DNA of 64,000 bases from Pelagomonas calceolata (Eukaryota). This document shows positions 40,832-51,890 of this stretch, piece by piece. The translations under genes and the position numbers were made by a program. The notes beneath the pieces are model-generated. The model did no database searches. It was not told the DNA's origin and saw only the letters and a list, made by a program, of their open reading frames with translations. Every line of letters starts with the position of its first letter. The stretch's first letter is position 1. The stretch spans positions 4,278,001-4,342,000 of the forward strand of contig CAKKNE010000001.1 of the NCBI GenBank assembly GCA_918797485.1, in the 5' to 3' direction.

Positions 40832-42118
40832 CTAAAGCATCGTGATGTTGTCCCGCGTCCAGTCGCGGAAGGCGCGGAGCTCGGTGCGTTCGGTCGCCGT
40901 GAGTCTCTCGTAGCGTTCGAGGATGGCGTTCGCTCCATCGCGGCCTTTGTTCGACAGGCCCAGGACGCCGCGGCGATTTGCCCCCAGGAAGGTGTTGTTG
41001 AAGTCGGACGTCATGTGGTGGTCGAGCATGTCGAGGATGTCGGAGCTGCCGCCCGGACCGGGTGTCGGCCCGCACTTGCGGATCTGGACGAGCGCGGGGA
41101 GGACGTAGTCCTCGACGAGCTCGAGCTTCGAGTTCGCACCGCAGGCGGCGCCGGCGTTGTTTGGGTTCCTCATCATCTGATACAAGACGCACGGGTTGGT
41201 GGCGTCGAGGCGCGACTTGCGCTTCTTGACCCGGTCCGACGTTAAGCGGCCGAGGGCCGCGAAGACGGCGAGGACGTCGCGGGCGGCGTCCTTGTCCGCG
41301 GCGACGGGAGGCAAAATCGGCAAAATACCTCGGTCCATCAAGCACTGGTCACGGTCGAAGAGGCAGACGACGGGCGTCCGCTGGTCCTTCCGGCCGTCCT
41401 TGAAGTGGAGGCCGACGATGGACTTGGGCGAATTTACGTACACGTCGCAGTCCGTCGAGTACGCGCACGCCACCTTGTGGCCCTCGAAGCCATCGCGGAC
41501 GAGTTCCGCGACCTTCGCGTCGGCGTTCGAGGTCCAGGCCTGCACGCACCGGACCCCGCGGCTCGTCAGCTCGCCGTACAGCCATTCGCAGATCTGGTAG
41601 AACTCCAGCCGACCGTCGCCTACGGCGTAGCGGACCGGCCCGTGCGGCCCCGCGGCCACCGAAGGGTCGCGGAAGCCGCCCGTCGCGTTCTCCGAGTTGA
41701 AATAGTTGGCTGCGAGGTTCATGTCGAAGACGGCGATGGGCCCGTCGAAGCCGCAGTCCATCAAGAAACTAAATGCGCGGTCCGTCGTGTTTTTGGCCTC
41801 CTGTTTCTGCTGGTCTAGGGGCGGTTTCGGCGGCGTGATGCACTCGTCTGGGAACCGCTTCGACGCCCACGCGAGGGCGAGGGGCCCCATGTCGACCGCG
41901 ACGAGGATCTGGCGGCGCTGCCCGCCCTGGCCCACGGGCCGCGGCGCGGCGGTTCCGCGCGGCCGGCTGAAGACTGAGAGGCGACCGGGCGCTGGTGGTG
42001 GGGTGTCGGTCTGCTGGCGGAGCGCGTTGATGTGGTTGCGTACCTCGGTCTTGGATTGCTTGGCGCAGTGCTGCTGCATCGATCTGTGGACCAGCCATCG
42101 AAACTCGTCGACGCCCAT
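40832..42118 (-). CDS. Divergent XPG/FEN1-like (PIN-fold) 5' nuclease
   Basis: MGV start, VAVD, PIAVFD, GVRCVQA..NADAKVAELV..G, AYSTDCDVYV follow the XPG-N and XPG-I motif order. Confidence 0.55.
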   Translation of the reverse strand: MGVDEFRWLVHRSMQQHCAKQSKTEVRNHINALRQQTDTPPPAPGRLSVFSRPRGTAAPRPVGQGGQRRQILVAVDMGPLALAWASKRFPDECITPPKPPLDQQKQEAKNTTDRAFSFLMDCGFDGPIAVFDMNLAANYFNSENATGGFRDPSVAAGPHGPVRYAVGDGRLEFYQICEWLYGELTSRGVRCVQAWTSNADAKVAELVRDGFEGHKVACAYSTDCDVYVNSPKSIVGLHFKDGRKDQRTPVVCLFDRDQCLMDRGILPILPPVAADKDAARDVLAVFAALGRLTSDRVKKRKSRLDATNPCVLYQMMRNPNNAGAACGANSKLELVEDYVLPALVQIRKCGPTPGPGGSSDILDMLDHHMTSDFNNTFLGANRRGVLGLSNKGRDGANAILERYERLTATERTELRAFRDWTRDNITML

Positions 42119-42651
42119 GGTCCGACGGAGCTGATATATGATCACGGCTGCAAAGCGGAGCGCGGGGCAGCTATCGCGCGCGGCAAGGCACACCAGGGGA
42201 CGAGGCCAAGGCTTGCTCTAGTGTCTTACAGGCCGCTAGCGTCAAGCCCTGGCTGGCGCCGCGACGCCTCGAACCCGAGGCCGAGGCCTCGCGCCAGTTG
42301 GGAGCGGTGCACCGAGGATGTAGTGGGAGCTCCTGGAGGTCGAGTTTGCTGATGCGCGCCGACCGGCACGGAGCAAAGCCGCAGATAGCTCCCCCTTTAA
42401 TGGCTCCGGGGAGTACCAGTCCGCCTTTGACCTATGCTTCGTCGAGGCAAAATGGCTTTTTTTCAAGGCCGTGTGGAAAAAACGGGTTTCTCAGGTCAAT
42501 ACACATCGCCTTTACTCACCGCTTGGGAGGCGCAAAACCTCGTCTCGCGCGCTGTCCGCACACGCGAGGACGCCCGTGCACGAATTCAGTCGGCGCGTAC
42601 GCACGACAGCAAAATCAGCACTGAAAAAAAAAATTGACCTGAATTGATAAT

Positions 42652-44118
42652 ATGGCCGAGGAGCCGCCGAAACGGCGCCTGGTGGTCACGGAGGTGACGC
42701 GGGGCCGCAACGGCGGGCCGGGCATCCTGGCCCTCGGGCTCGGGGCGCCGCGCGCGGCACCGGCCGCGGTCGGCGCGGGTCGCCGCGGCGCCGCGCAACC
42801 GCCGCCGCCGCCGCTCTTCAAGTTGCGCTCGGACTTCGCCAAGCAAGCAGAGGAAGAAGATGGAACTCCTGTGATCGACATCTGCAAGAAGGCCGAGGCG
42901 TGCATCTGTCTGTCGACGGTCGGCGCGCTGTGCCACGACCAGGCCACGGCCGCGGCCATAGAGTGTGCCTACGGCGCGCCGCTGCTCTACAACGGCCAGG
43001 TCGTGTTATTAGACCGCGAGGCCGTCGAGGGCTGCGTCAACGACTGGATCGACCGTATCGAGGATCGTGATCTTGAGATATGGACGGGGTTGACTCCCAT
43101 TAATGGCAGCCTCGCGTCGGCTGCCGAGGTCTTCAACAAAAGCACGGACCCCTTTTACGCCTTCTCGGACGTGTTCGTGCCGGAGTCTGAGACGCGCGAG
43201 AGGATCAAGGACCGGCCCAAGGACCGCAAGGACACCATTCTCGCGCGGTTGCGAAGCGGTGCGTCTGGCGAATGCGGTCACATGCACGTGACGACGGTTG
43301 TCTACGTGGAGCGCCTCGGCCGGTACGTCAAGGCGTCGCTCGCTTTTCAGTCGCGGAAAGCCATATTGACCAACATGCGCATCTATCCAACGTCGCGAGT
43401 GGCCTTGGTAGGACGCTTGAGGGAGTTTGCGGCGGCGCGGAACGACAACAAACTCCTCGAGCGATTGGCACCGGGGGTCATTTCGAGCAACCACCCGAAC
43501 AACTTCGGCATCATCGAGCTGAAGGCGCACAAGAAGAGTGAGTTCAAGCGTCATGAAAAGGGAGTCTCAGGAACGACTCCGCTACAAACTGCGGCGGACA
43601 ACCTCTACCAGACGATGTTCAAGGAGGGCGCAGCGGCGAAGGAAATGGTCGAGAGCTTCTCGGCCAAATTGCGCGACGACTTCCAGCAGTTCGGCATGGA
43701 CCTGGACAACATCCAGGAGCACCTCGTCGGCGGCGTCGACGTCCGGGAGGGCTTCGAGGTCTTCGACCTGGTCGCGCACGCGTTCACGGACGACGACGGC
43801 GCCGCCACGCGCGCCGAAAGGCACGCCCGGGACCACGCCGACGAGATGGACGTGTTCTGCAACGAATTTGCAGTGATGCCGACTTCCCACACGCTGCCCT
43901 TCCTCTTCGACGACGTCGCGCAGCAGACGTTCAAGGCCTTCGGCGTCGCGCTCCGCTCGCGGATCTCCCAGCTGCCCGCGACCTGTCTGACCTGGCCTGA
44001 CCCGGCCGACGACGACGCCGACGACTTGATCCCCGACTTCCCGCCGGGGGGCGGGGACGACGAGATCCACGTGTTCCACCACATGTCGTCCATCGAGCTC
44101 GAGAACTACGAGGCGTGA
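42652..44118 (+). CDS. Hypothetical protein (possible HUH motif GHMHV)
   Basis: 488-aa intronless ATG ORF with coding-like codon usage; no confident family. Confidence 0.6.
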   Translation: MAEEPPKRRLVVTEVTRGRNGGPGILALGLGAPRAAPAAVGAGRRGAAQPPPPPLFKLRSDFAKQAEEEDGTPVIDICKKAEACICLSTVGALCHDQATAAAIECAYGAPLLYNGQVVLLDREAVEGCVNDWIDRIEDRDLEIWTGLTPINGSLASAAEVFNKSTDPFYAFSDVFVPESETRERIKDRPKDRKDTILARLRSGASGECGHMHVTTVVYVERLGRYVKASLAFQSRKAILTNMRIYPTSRVALVGRLREFAAARNDNKLLERLAPGVISSNHPNNFGIIELKAHKKSEFKRHEKGVSGTTPLQTAADNLYQTMFKEGAAAKEMVESFSAKLRDDFQQFGMDLDNIQEHLVGGVDVREGFEVFDLVAHAFTDDDGAATRAERHARDHADEMDVFCNEFAVMPTSHTLPFLFDDVAQQTFKAFGVALRSRISQLPATCLTWPDPADDDADDLIPDFPPGGGDDEIHVFHHMSSIELENYEA

Positions 44119-44394
44119 GGTCCCGGCGCCTCCGTCGTTGTGACTCGTAAGTCTTGTATTTCAACACGACTGCGCTTCGGCCGCTGCAGGCTGTAAGGTG
44201 CCAAAAAGCTGAGGCGGCAAGACCTGGTCGACCTAGCTTCGTAGACCTACTAGGATAGGCCAAAACTTTGCCAAAAGTGCGCACAGCTCGAGCGGAGCAC
44301 AGCGGTGCGCGGGCTGCTCCGGACAGACCGAGCGCGCGCTCCCACGCGATTCTGCGCTGCCCAAGACCAAGCACGCGACACATACGCTGCCCCA

Positions 44395-45842
44395 ATGCGC
44401 CGCCTCCTCCCCTGGCTCGCTTTGACATGCGCGCAAGACGCGAAGCCCTACTACGAGGTCGTCTTCGCCGTGTTAACAGTACCAAATCATAGACCACATA
44501 GAGACGCTATCAGAAATGGCTACGGGCAGCCGGGCGGCTTCCGGACGAAGCTTTGGTTCGTGGTGTCAGAAAGGGACCCGGGGTATGAAGGAGCCGCCTT
44601 CGTCGAGGAGCGGTCGAAGCGAGACGACTTACTGGTGTGCGACACGGAACCCGGGTTCGACCATATTATCGGCAAGGTCTCTTGTGCCATCCGGAAGGCC
44701 GTTCAGTTGTACGACTTCGACTTCTTCTTCAAGACGGACGACGACGCTACTCTATGTATTGCGCAGCTCGTCAAGGACCTGCGGGCGGCTCCAAAAGGTG
44801 CGAGTGTCTATGCGGGGCGCCGCGTCAAGGCCGGACGAGCTTTAGAGGCGGGCAAGCCGCTCGAGGTCAATCTTGGTTTAACATCAGACCCGCCGCACTT
44901 CGGGGGCCACGGCTACGGCGTCTCGTATGATGTCGCGAGGTTCGTGGCCCGGCCGCCGGCGCCCTTGTACCACCACCTGCACGAGGACACGTGCTTCGGG
45001 AACTGGGTCGTCGGCTTCGACGTGAAACGTCTCAATTTGAGAGCGATGACGGACCACTACTACCCGAACCAGAAGAATCTCGCGGGCGTCTCGCGTCCGT
45101 GTGGAAATCGCGCCATCGTGCAGACGCACTTACGGAGACGACGTCGCGTCGATGGCGTTAGAACCTCCAAGCCATCGTGCAGACGCATTTCCACACGCAG
45201 GTCTCGGCCGAGCGGAAACGGGCGTGCGCCCGGATCATGGCCCAGCGCTACGCCAACGGCTCGGCCTGGGACCTCTACGGGTCGGGCTGCGGCTTCAAGC
45301 AGCTCCCTCGCAGTGTGCCCGTGGAGAAGTGCGTGCGCGTCGCGTCGGCTGCCGCGGCCGCGGCGCCGCGCGCGCGCCCCGCGCTTGCGTCAGTGCCCGC
45401 ATTGCCCAGCCAGGGTCTCGCCGTCGTGATGACAAAGGGGGCCTGCGCCGTGGATGTGCCCTGCGTGGCCGGACCGGACCTGCGCGCTGGATTGAGACGG
45501 ACGTCCGCGAAGCACGTGGTCGTCGTCTTTGGTGGAAACGTAGCTCCATGTCTCTCATCTCTCCGAAAGGAACTTGAAATGAGGAGCGGCCCGCTCTACG
45601 CCGGCGCGGCTCCGTCGCGGAACGTCCCGCTGCCCGCGAGCCTCGAGGAACGGACAAAATTAGGCGTCGCGCCCGAGCACTTTGATGGAGTGGCGGTCCT
45701 CTCGGCGGAGCTCGCTTCGTATGTCGCGTCCCAGGCAACGCCGCCTTTGCTTGCCGGTGACGGGCCCGCGGCTTTGGGTGTGTGGCTGGCGCCGTTCGAT
45801 GTTGATCGGCGGCCGCTTGCTGCGTTGAGGGGGTGCGTGTAA
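44395..45842 (+). CDS. GT31 beta-1,3-galactosyltransferase-like, 2 exons (intron 45088-45200)
   Basis: RDAIR, FFFKTDDD, FGGHGYGVS, EDTCFGNW; GGC|GTCTCG...CACGCAG|GTCTCG splices in frame. Confidence 0.8.
45088..45200 (+). mobile_element. Introner-like intron (113 nt)
   Basis: TSD-like GTCTCG at both junctions; inverted ends gtgtggaaat / atttccacac; internal cgcgtcgatggcg and a direct repeat gccatcgtgcagacgca. Confidence 0.8.
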
Positions 45843-45980
45843 TTGTGTTTTTGTGTGTATCCGTCCGATTAAAACGGGTGCCATCGGCAGGCCCAGCCTG
45901 GCTCGGCGCGCTTGGTCTACGTAGTCCGCACGCCTAGCTCTCGCCTATCACCATCATCATTCAATTTACCACCATCTGAA

Positions 45981-46334
45981 ATGTCGGGCGCGATAAAGAA
46001 TGAGGTCGCGCCGCCGGAAGGCCTTGATTTGCGCAGTGGCCCCGGCCCACTGCTCCCTGTCTTAGGAGTCCCGCTCGCAGCCTGCGGCGGTTTCCACGCC
46101 GTGAGCCTGTGGGTCGGAATCGCCCTCGGCACCATATTCGCCACCTTGGGGACATTGGTCTTGGTGTCCCTGGGATACTTGGATCAGGAGACGCTTTCGC
46201 TCCCTGACACGGATTCCCTCGAGCACTGGTGCGAGTGGGCCGCGATGGGGTTCCACAAGGTCGGGTCTCGCAATATCTGGTGCCGCTGCGAGGACTGTGG
46301 GTTGGGTGGTTGCGGCCCGGGGGCGTTCCAGTGA
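45981..46334 (+). CDS. Possible small membrane protein
   Basis: ATG ORF with hydrophobic stretches and a Cys-rich tail; weak codon bias. Confidence 0.3.
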   Translation: MSGAIKNEVAPPEGLDLRSGPGPLLPVLGVPLAACGGFHAVSLWVGIALGTIFATLGTLVLVSLGYLDQETLSLPDTDSLEHWCEWAAMGFHKVGSRNIWCRCEDCGLGGCGPGAFQ

Positions 46335-46654
46335 ATCCGGTCGGACAAACGCGAAGGGCCGCCGGTCGAAAAACCAGCGGCGACTTCCTACTACACACAT
46401 CACCTTCTTCTCCTCCCCCGAATAATATCATGACATAAAACAAACAAACTCGGGGGCGGCAAGACGCCACCAATTCTCGGGCCAGACCCATCGCGGTACG
46501 TACACACGCTACCACCCAGCACGCCATCGCCGCGACCCCTCGCAAATTTTCGGCAACTTACATATTACTGTTTTTCATGGGGTATCGTCATGGGCGAAGC
46601 GAGTACAGTTTCGGTGTCGCGCGCCGTCGCGGGCGCGCGGGGCTAATTTCGGCG

Positions 46655-47179
46655 TCATTTCCGCGGGACCTGCGGCGACTCCGGGCCCGTTCCAAGCGGG
46701 CGGGACAGCGGCACGTCAGGCGTCGGCGCCTCGGATTCCTCCGCGGCGTCCGCGGCGTCCGCCGCGGCCGGCGCCGGCGCCGGCGCCGGCGCGGCTTTGC
46801 GCGACAGCGTCGGCGACCCGGCGGCCGTCCCGAGCGGACGGGCGGGCGGCAAGGACGGGCTTTCTGCCGAGCCCGCGCGCGGCCTGGGCTCTGGCCGTCG
46901 TCTCGGAGGCATCGGCGGCGCGTCCGACTCCTGGGCGGTGTCGCGCCAGAGCGGCCGCGGCTCGCGCGCCTTCGTCTGGATTGGCTGCCGCGCCTCGGCG
47001 GCGAGGCGCGGCCGCTTGAACGCCTCGCTGGGCGACATGGGCTCGCTTGGCGACTGCGGCGCGCCCGGCCCGCCTAGTTTGATCTCGCCCGGCGAAGTAG
47101 GATTCGGTGTTGCGGCCCGGCCTTCGTCTGTCTTCGCCGGTTCTTCGTCGTCGCCGTCGATTGACGGGCGCTTAGCCAT
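46655..47179 (-). CDS. Hypothetical low-complexity Pro-rich protein
   Basis: ATG ORF, disordered composition. Confidence 0.45.
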   Translation of the reverse strand: MAKRPSIDGDDEEPAKTDEGRAATPNPTSPGEIKLGGPGAPQSPSEPMSPSEAFKRPRLAAEARQPIQTKAREPRPLWRDTAQESDAPPMPPRRRPEPRPRAGSAESPSLPPARPLGTAAGSPTLSRKAAPAPAPAPAAADAADAAEESEAPTPDVPLSRPLGTGPESPQVPRK

Positions 47180-47640
47180 TTCGCTATGAGGCTTGCCAGC
47201 TGGTCTGCTTTGCTTTGTGCTAAATGCGCATTTTCACGCGTACCACGCTGCTGTGAGCGTTCCGCTGGATTGATGCGGTGCTCCTCCAAGCGTCCAGCCA
47301 GCGAAAGCAAATTGTCTGGCCTCGTACGCGGCTGTTTTGACCTCGGAGGGATTTGCTGTTTTGCATCTGACTTGAAGTGAGAGAAGGGCAAAATACCCGT
47401 CTAATGACGCCCCCCATGCGTCCTTAGTGTCCTAATCAGTGAAATTGAATTTCGGTCGCCCGAAAAACCCGTCACCATCTCAAGGCGTGCTCGAGCCCGC
47501 GCGCCTCGCAAATACGCCGGCGCTCGATCGCTCCGAGCGTCAAGGAGCAACAATAAGGCAGCCTTTGACTCTTCCGGCGACCAACGCCGCCGCGAAGCCC
47601 GGCAAAAGGCTGCCCACACCACAGAGCAGCAGAGACTGAG

Positions 47641-48345
47641 ATGGCCACCTTCGCCCCATTAAAAATCGACGCCGTCATCTTCGACGTCGACGCCTTACTC
47701 CAGGACGACGGCGAGCCGCGGCCGGGCGCCGTCGACCTGGTCCAGGGCCTCGTGGACCGGAAAATCCCGCTGGCCGCGGTGACGAGCGGCACGCAGGCGA
47801 CCTTCGACGCGAGGCTGGGGCGCCACCCCGACCTGCGCTACTCCATGTCCGCCGTCGTGACGGCCGACGACGAGGCCGAGAACCTCTACGTCAAGGCGGC
47901 GCAGCGCCTCGGCGTCGACGCGCCGGCGTGCCTCGCCTGCGACGCCACGCAACCGGGCCTCGAGGCGGCGCAGAGCGCGGGCTGCCTGCTTTGTGCTTTA
48001 GCCAGCGGGCTGGAGGGGCTCCGGCCGAACCTCTCGCTGCCCGGGGGCCTCGCGACGCTCGACCACGAGCGCGTCCTCGAGTTCGAGCGCAAGCCGCCGC
48101 TCGCGTTCATGGTGGAGACCTGCACGCGTTGGAAGGAGTGCAACCCGAAAGCACTCGGCGACTACGACCTCATGACCCTCGGCGGACGCCTGCGGCGGCC
48201 GAACGTCGGGCCCGAGCCCGGGCCCGCGGGCGGGGGCCGGGAGGAACTGCTCGCGAAGCTCCGGGGGAATGGCGAGAAGGTCCGGGGGGATGTAGCGAAG
48301 CTGGCGGCTGAGGAGGCCGCGACGACGACGCTGCCGAAGCTATAA
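47641..48345 (+). CDS. HAD-superfamily hydrolase-like protein
   Basis: AVIFDVD (DxD motif I), AAVTSG, YVKAAQRLGV..CLACD..GLEAAQSAG. Confidence 0.7.
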   Translation: MATFAPLKIDAVIFDVDALLQDDGEPRPGAVDLVQGLVDRKIPLAAVTSGTQATFDARLGRHPDLRYSMSAVVTADDEAENLYVKAAQRLGVDAPACLACDATQPGLEAAQSAGCLLCALASGLEGLRPNLSLPGGLATLDHERVLEFERKPPLAFMVETCTRWKECNPKALGDYDLMTLGGRLRRPNVGPEPGPAGGGREELLAKLRGNGEKVRGDVAKLAAEEAATTTLPKL

Positions 48346-48646
48346 CTTGTTTCAATGTTTTCCTTCCCGTGTCGCGGCGACGGCGTCGCGTCTCGCGACG
48401 TGTCTCGCGTCGATGCCGTCGCGTCGACGGCGTTGGAGACTGCGGCTAGTATGTGATGCCGCTAGGGCGTCGTCGATGGCGGTCGAGTGCAGTCGCGGCA
48501 CAAGCGATTACACGAGGTGCTAGACGCGTGACAATACCGCATAACGTGGACATTTGTCGCCGCGCATCTCTTCTCGACCACGCGCTGGGCCACGCCGAAG
48601 CAGTGACGCTGCAGCTGGAGAGTGCCACTTGACGAGCAGCAAACGG

Positions 48647-49003
48647 ATGGCGCCGGGTCTAGGGCCCTTTGTCCGCATGCTAGCGCAGGCCGCCGTGCCG
48701 CTCTTTCGCGCGTTCGCGACGGCCTACCAGCAGGCGCTGCACAACGCGCGGAAGGAGGGCGCGACGGCCGCGAAGGAGGCCCTCAAGCCGAAGCGCGGCG
48801 CCATGACGCCCACCGAGGCGGCGGAGATCCTGCACCTGCCCGAGGGCGGCGCGGCCGACGCGGCGCAGGTCGCCGCGCGCTACGACAAGCTCTACGCCAT
48901 GAACGACCCGTCGAAAGGCGGCTCCTTCTACCTCCAGTCCAAGATCCTCCGCGCGCGGGAGGCGCTCGACGCCGAGATCGCCGGTTCTAGCGCGAAGACC
49001 TAA
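48647..49003 (+). CDS. PAM16: Mitochondrial import motor subunit Pam16/Tim16
   Basis: RAFATAYQQA, MTPTEAAEIL, YDKLYAMNDPSKGGSFYLQSKILRAREAL. Confidence 0.9.
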   Translation: MAPGLGPFVRMLAQAAVPLFRAFATAYQQALHNARKEGATAAKEALKPKRGAMTPTEAAEILHLPEGGAADAAQVAARYDKLYAMNDPSKGGSFYLQSKILRAREALDAEIAGSSAKT

Positions 49004-49078
49004 CTATTGTTGTCTGAACTTGCTCCTCACGCCATAGCGCGGACGTGGCGTGGAACGTGGATACAAATCACACAATGA

Positions 49079-50753
49079 TCACACATTTACTCCATAAAAA
49101 AACGGTGCAGCCATCGTCGCGCGCGACGGCTCCGCCCGCGGCCGCGCCTTGACAACAACGTTGAGGAGCCGACACAGCAGCTCCTTGCCGCGGCCGCGGT
49201 CGAGCGCCACCGTTCCACCCGCGGCGACGGCCGCGCACCGTTCCGCGTCGAGGGCGAGGTCCTCGTCAAAACACGTCGCGAGCACCGCGAGGGCGACGCC
49301 CACACTCCGGTCCCGCCCCTGGGCGCAGTGGACGAGCACGCGGTCGCCCTTCGCGAGCCGCGCCGCAATGAACCGCAGCGCCGCGGGCAGGTGCCGCACG
49401 AGGCCCCCCTTGTCGCGCTTTCCTTCAGCCACGGGCACCTGGAGGTAGCGCGCGTCGCCGGCCATGCCCGCGTACTCGTCCTGCGTCACGTTCACGACGG
49501 CGTCAAAGGCGGCCCAGCACTCCGGCGGCCGCCCGGCCCGCCGCGAGCCGACGGCGAGGCCCGGCGCCTGCGCGGGAGTCGCGTCGACGGCGTGGAGGCG
49601 GTGTAGACTCTCTCGTGCTGTTGCTCGCGCGACAACGGCACGCCATCGCCGCGACCGTCGTGGGTCGACGGCGCGTGGAGGCTCCTAAGACGGCCGCGGG
49701 GTCGCAAAAAAAAGGACGCCGCATTAACACCACGTAGTCGTAGGGCTCCGCCTCTTCGCACGGCGCCGCCGGCGCCGCGGCCGCGGCCGCCGCAACGGCC
49801 GCCTCCACAGCATCATCCGAGGCCTCTTCCAAAATTTGCGGGTTCCGCCAGAAGACGTCCGCCGTGAATCCCGGCGGCGCCCAGGCCTCCTCGTCGTCGG
49901 CCGCGCCCTGAAGATCACCATTTGGTGCCGACGCCGACACGCAGATAATGGGCGTGGCGTCCTCTGGTAATGCAATGGAGGTATCGTCGCCATTGACGAC
50001 CCACACGCAGCGGAGCGGCTTCTTTAATGATAAATGGGGCGCGTGCTGCCTCATTAATGAAACGCAGGCGTCCAGGCGCGCCTCAATTTCTCTCGCTTCC
50101 GCGTCGGCCACGCACGGGGGCAAGCGGAGCTCTTCCGCCGCAAACCCCGCCGCGCGGTTCACGCAGCAGCACCAGATCGGCACCGTCTTCGACAGCGCGT
50201 CGGGCAAGGACCGCCCGCGCCGCGTCGCGTCGACCAGTAGAGCGCCATTATGAGTCACCACAATGCGCAGGAAGTCCAGATTGAGTCGTCTTAATGAAAG
50301 CGCCCACTGCCCGCGGTGGCCGTCCGTCGACTTGAAGCGGGCCACGTGCTTTGTATGAGCGTACCAGCAGCCCGCCCGGGCGTTCGCCACGACCGGAAGC
50401 GGGATTTTCGCCGCGAGTTCCCGCACGAAGGCCGCGTCGCGGGCGATCGACCGCAGCCGGTTGCGCAGCGTGCCGCTCACACCGAACGCGCGCCGCGCGT
50501 GGGCCGCCGGCGACAGCGTATGACATACATCGTCGCGCCGGCTCCTTCGATAAATGCCGTACTGCCGCGCGCACTGCGTGTACGTGAGCTGCAGCTTCGC
50601 CGCGAGCGCGTCCAACGGGGCGTCGTGGCCGGGCCGCGGCAGCGCGTCGTGGGCGTAATTTGTTGTGCGGAAGAGGGCCCACAAGGCTTGCTTTTGCTCT
50701 TGCGTGATTGGTGTGGTCTTTTTTTGTCTCGCGCGCTGCTCTTGGCTGCTCAT
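49079..50753 (-). CDS. RIT1: Initiator tRNA A64 2'-O-ribosylphosphate transferase, 2 exons (intron about 49568-49733)
   Basis: LRNRLRSI, VANARAGCWY, FKSTDGH.GQW..SLRRLN, VDATRRGRSLPDALSKTVPIWC, QGAADDEEAW; C-terminal DUSP-like HCAQGRDRSVG. Confidence 0.88.
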
Positions 50754-51109
50754 TGCTGCACTCCTGCCTTAGAGGTGCTCAAAAGCATGAAGGCTGGCAA
50801 AGCGATGGAAATGTTGACAGCAGCGCTGCATTTTGGTGCGGAGAGTATGTTTTATAGGCGGTCTAGGCCCTCACGCTGCAACAAACGTAAAACTGGCTGA
50901 TCACCTAGCTCATAGACATGCTAGCACTCTCGAGGCTGAGCTTTGCAGCCGATTGCTGCAATAAACGCGTGTCCTGGGCCTGGACTGCAATAATACGTCA
51001 CCCTGCACACTGTGCGCGGCCACTCCTTGATCGGTGGCATCGCTGCGATTGGCAAAACCGCTCTGACGCATCGAGGCTGCTGAATCACTGTGCAGCACAC
51101 GCGTAAGCG

Positions 51110-51835
51110 ATGCTCCACACGACGACCCGCCTCACGCGGCGCGCCATCGCCGCGGCGCCGCGGCCAAACAACACGCGGCGCGCCTTCGCCGCATCCCCCA
51201 AACCAACCAACGCGATGCGCGGCCCGATCGGCTGGGGCGCGCTCGCCGTCACCGGCGCCGCCGGCTGTGGACTAGCGTACTACTACGAGGTCGAGAAGAC
51301 GCGGCGCCAGGAGCAGGCGGCCAAAAAGCAAACGACCTACGGTAAGCCGTCGCTCGGAGGCCCCTGGACGTTGGTCGACGCGAAAACAAATAAACCGGTC
51401 ACGGACGCGTCCTTCCACGGCTCGTATGTGTTGCTCTACTTCGGCTTCTCGCGGTGCCCGGACATCTGCCCGTCGGAGCTCCTGAAGGTGCAGAAGGTGC
51501 TGCGGTTGTTGGGGGACGAGGCGCCCACACCATTATTTGTGTCGTTGGATCCGCGGCGCGACTCGCTGAGGCAACTACGGGCGTACGGGAAGGATTTCGA
51601 TGAGCGCGTGCGGTTCCTGGTGGGGACGCCGGCGCAGTGCAAGGCGGCCGCGAAGGCGTACCGCGTCTACAGTAGTATTGGGGCGGTCGACGACGAGGAC
51701 TCCGACGACTATCTCATCGACCACTCTATTGTTCTATACCTCGTGGGCCCCGACGGCAAGTTCCTGGACTTCTTCACGCAGGCGACGCCGGCCGACGCGA
51801 TCGCCGCGAAGATCCGGGAGCACCGCGCCTCGTAA
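51110..51835 (+). CDS. SCO1: SCO1/SenC cytochrome c oxidase copper chaperone
   Basis: LGGPWTLVD, YFGFSRCPDICPSEL, DYLIDHS..YLVGPDG. Confidence 0.92.
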   Translation: MLHTTTRLTRRAIAAAPRPNNTRRAFAASPKPTNAMRGPIGWGALAVTGAAGCGLAYYYEVEKTRRQEQAAKKQTTYGKPSLGGPWTLVDAKTNKPVTDASFHGSYVLLYFGFSRCPDICPSELLKVQKVLRLLGDEAPTPLFVSLDPRRDSLRQLRAYGKDFDERVRFLVGTPAQCKAAAKAYRVYSSIGAVDDEDSDDYLIDHSIVLYLVGPDGKFLDFFTQATPADAIAAKIREHRAS

Positions 51836-51890
51836 GTTAGTATGTTCTGTCTTAGGCCCTCGCGCGCCTAGAGCTCTGGTGGGACGTCGT

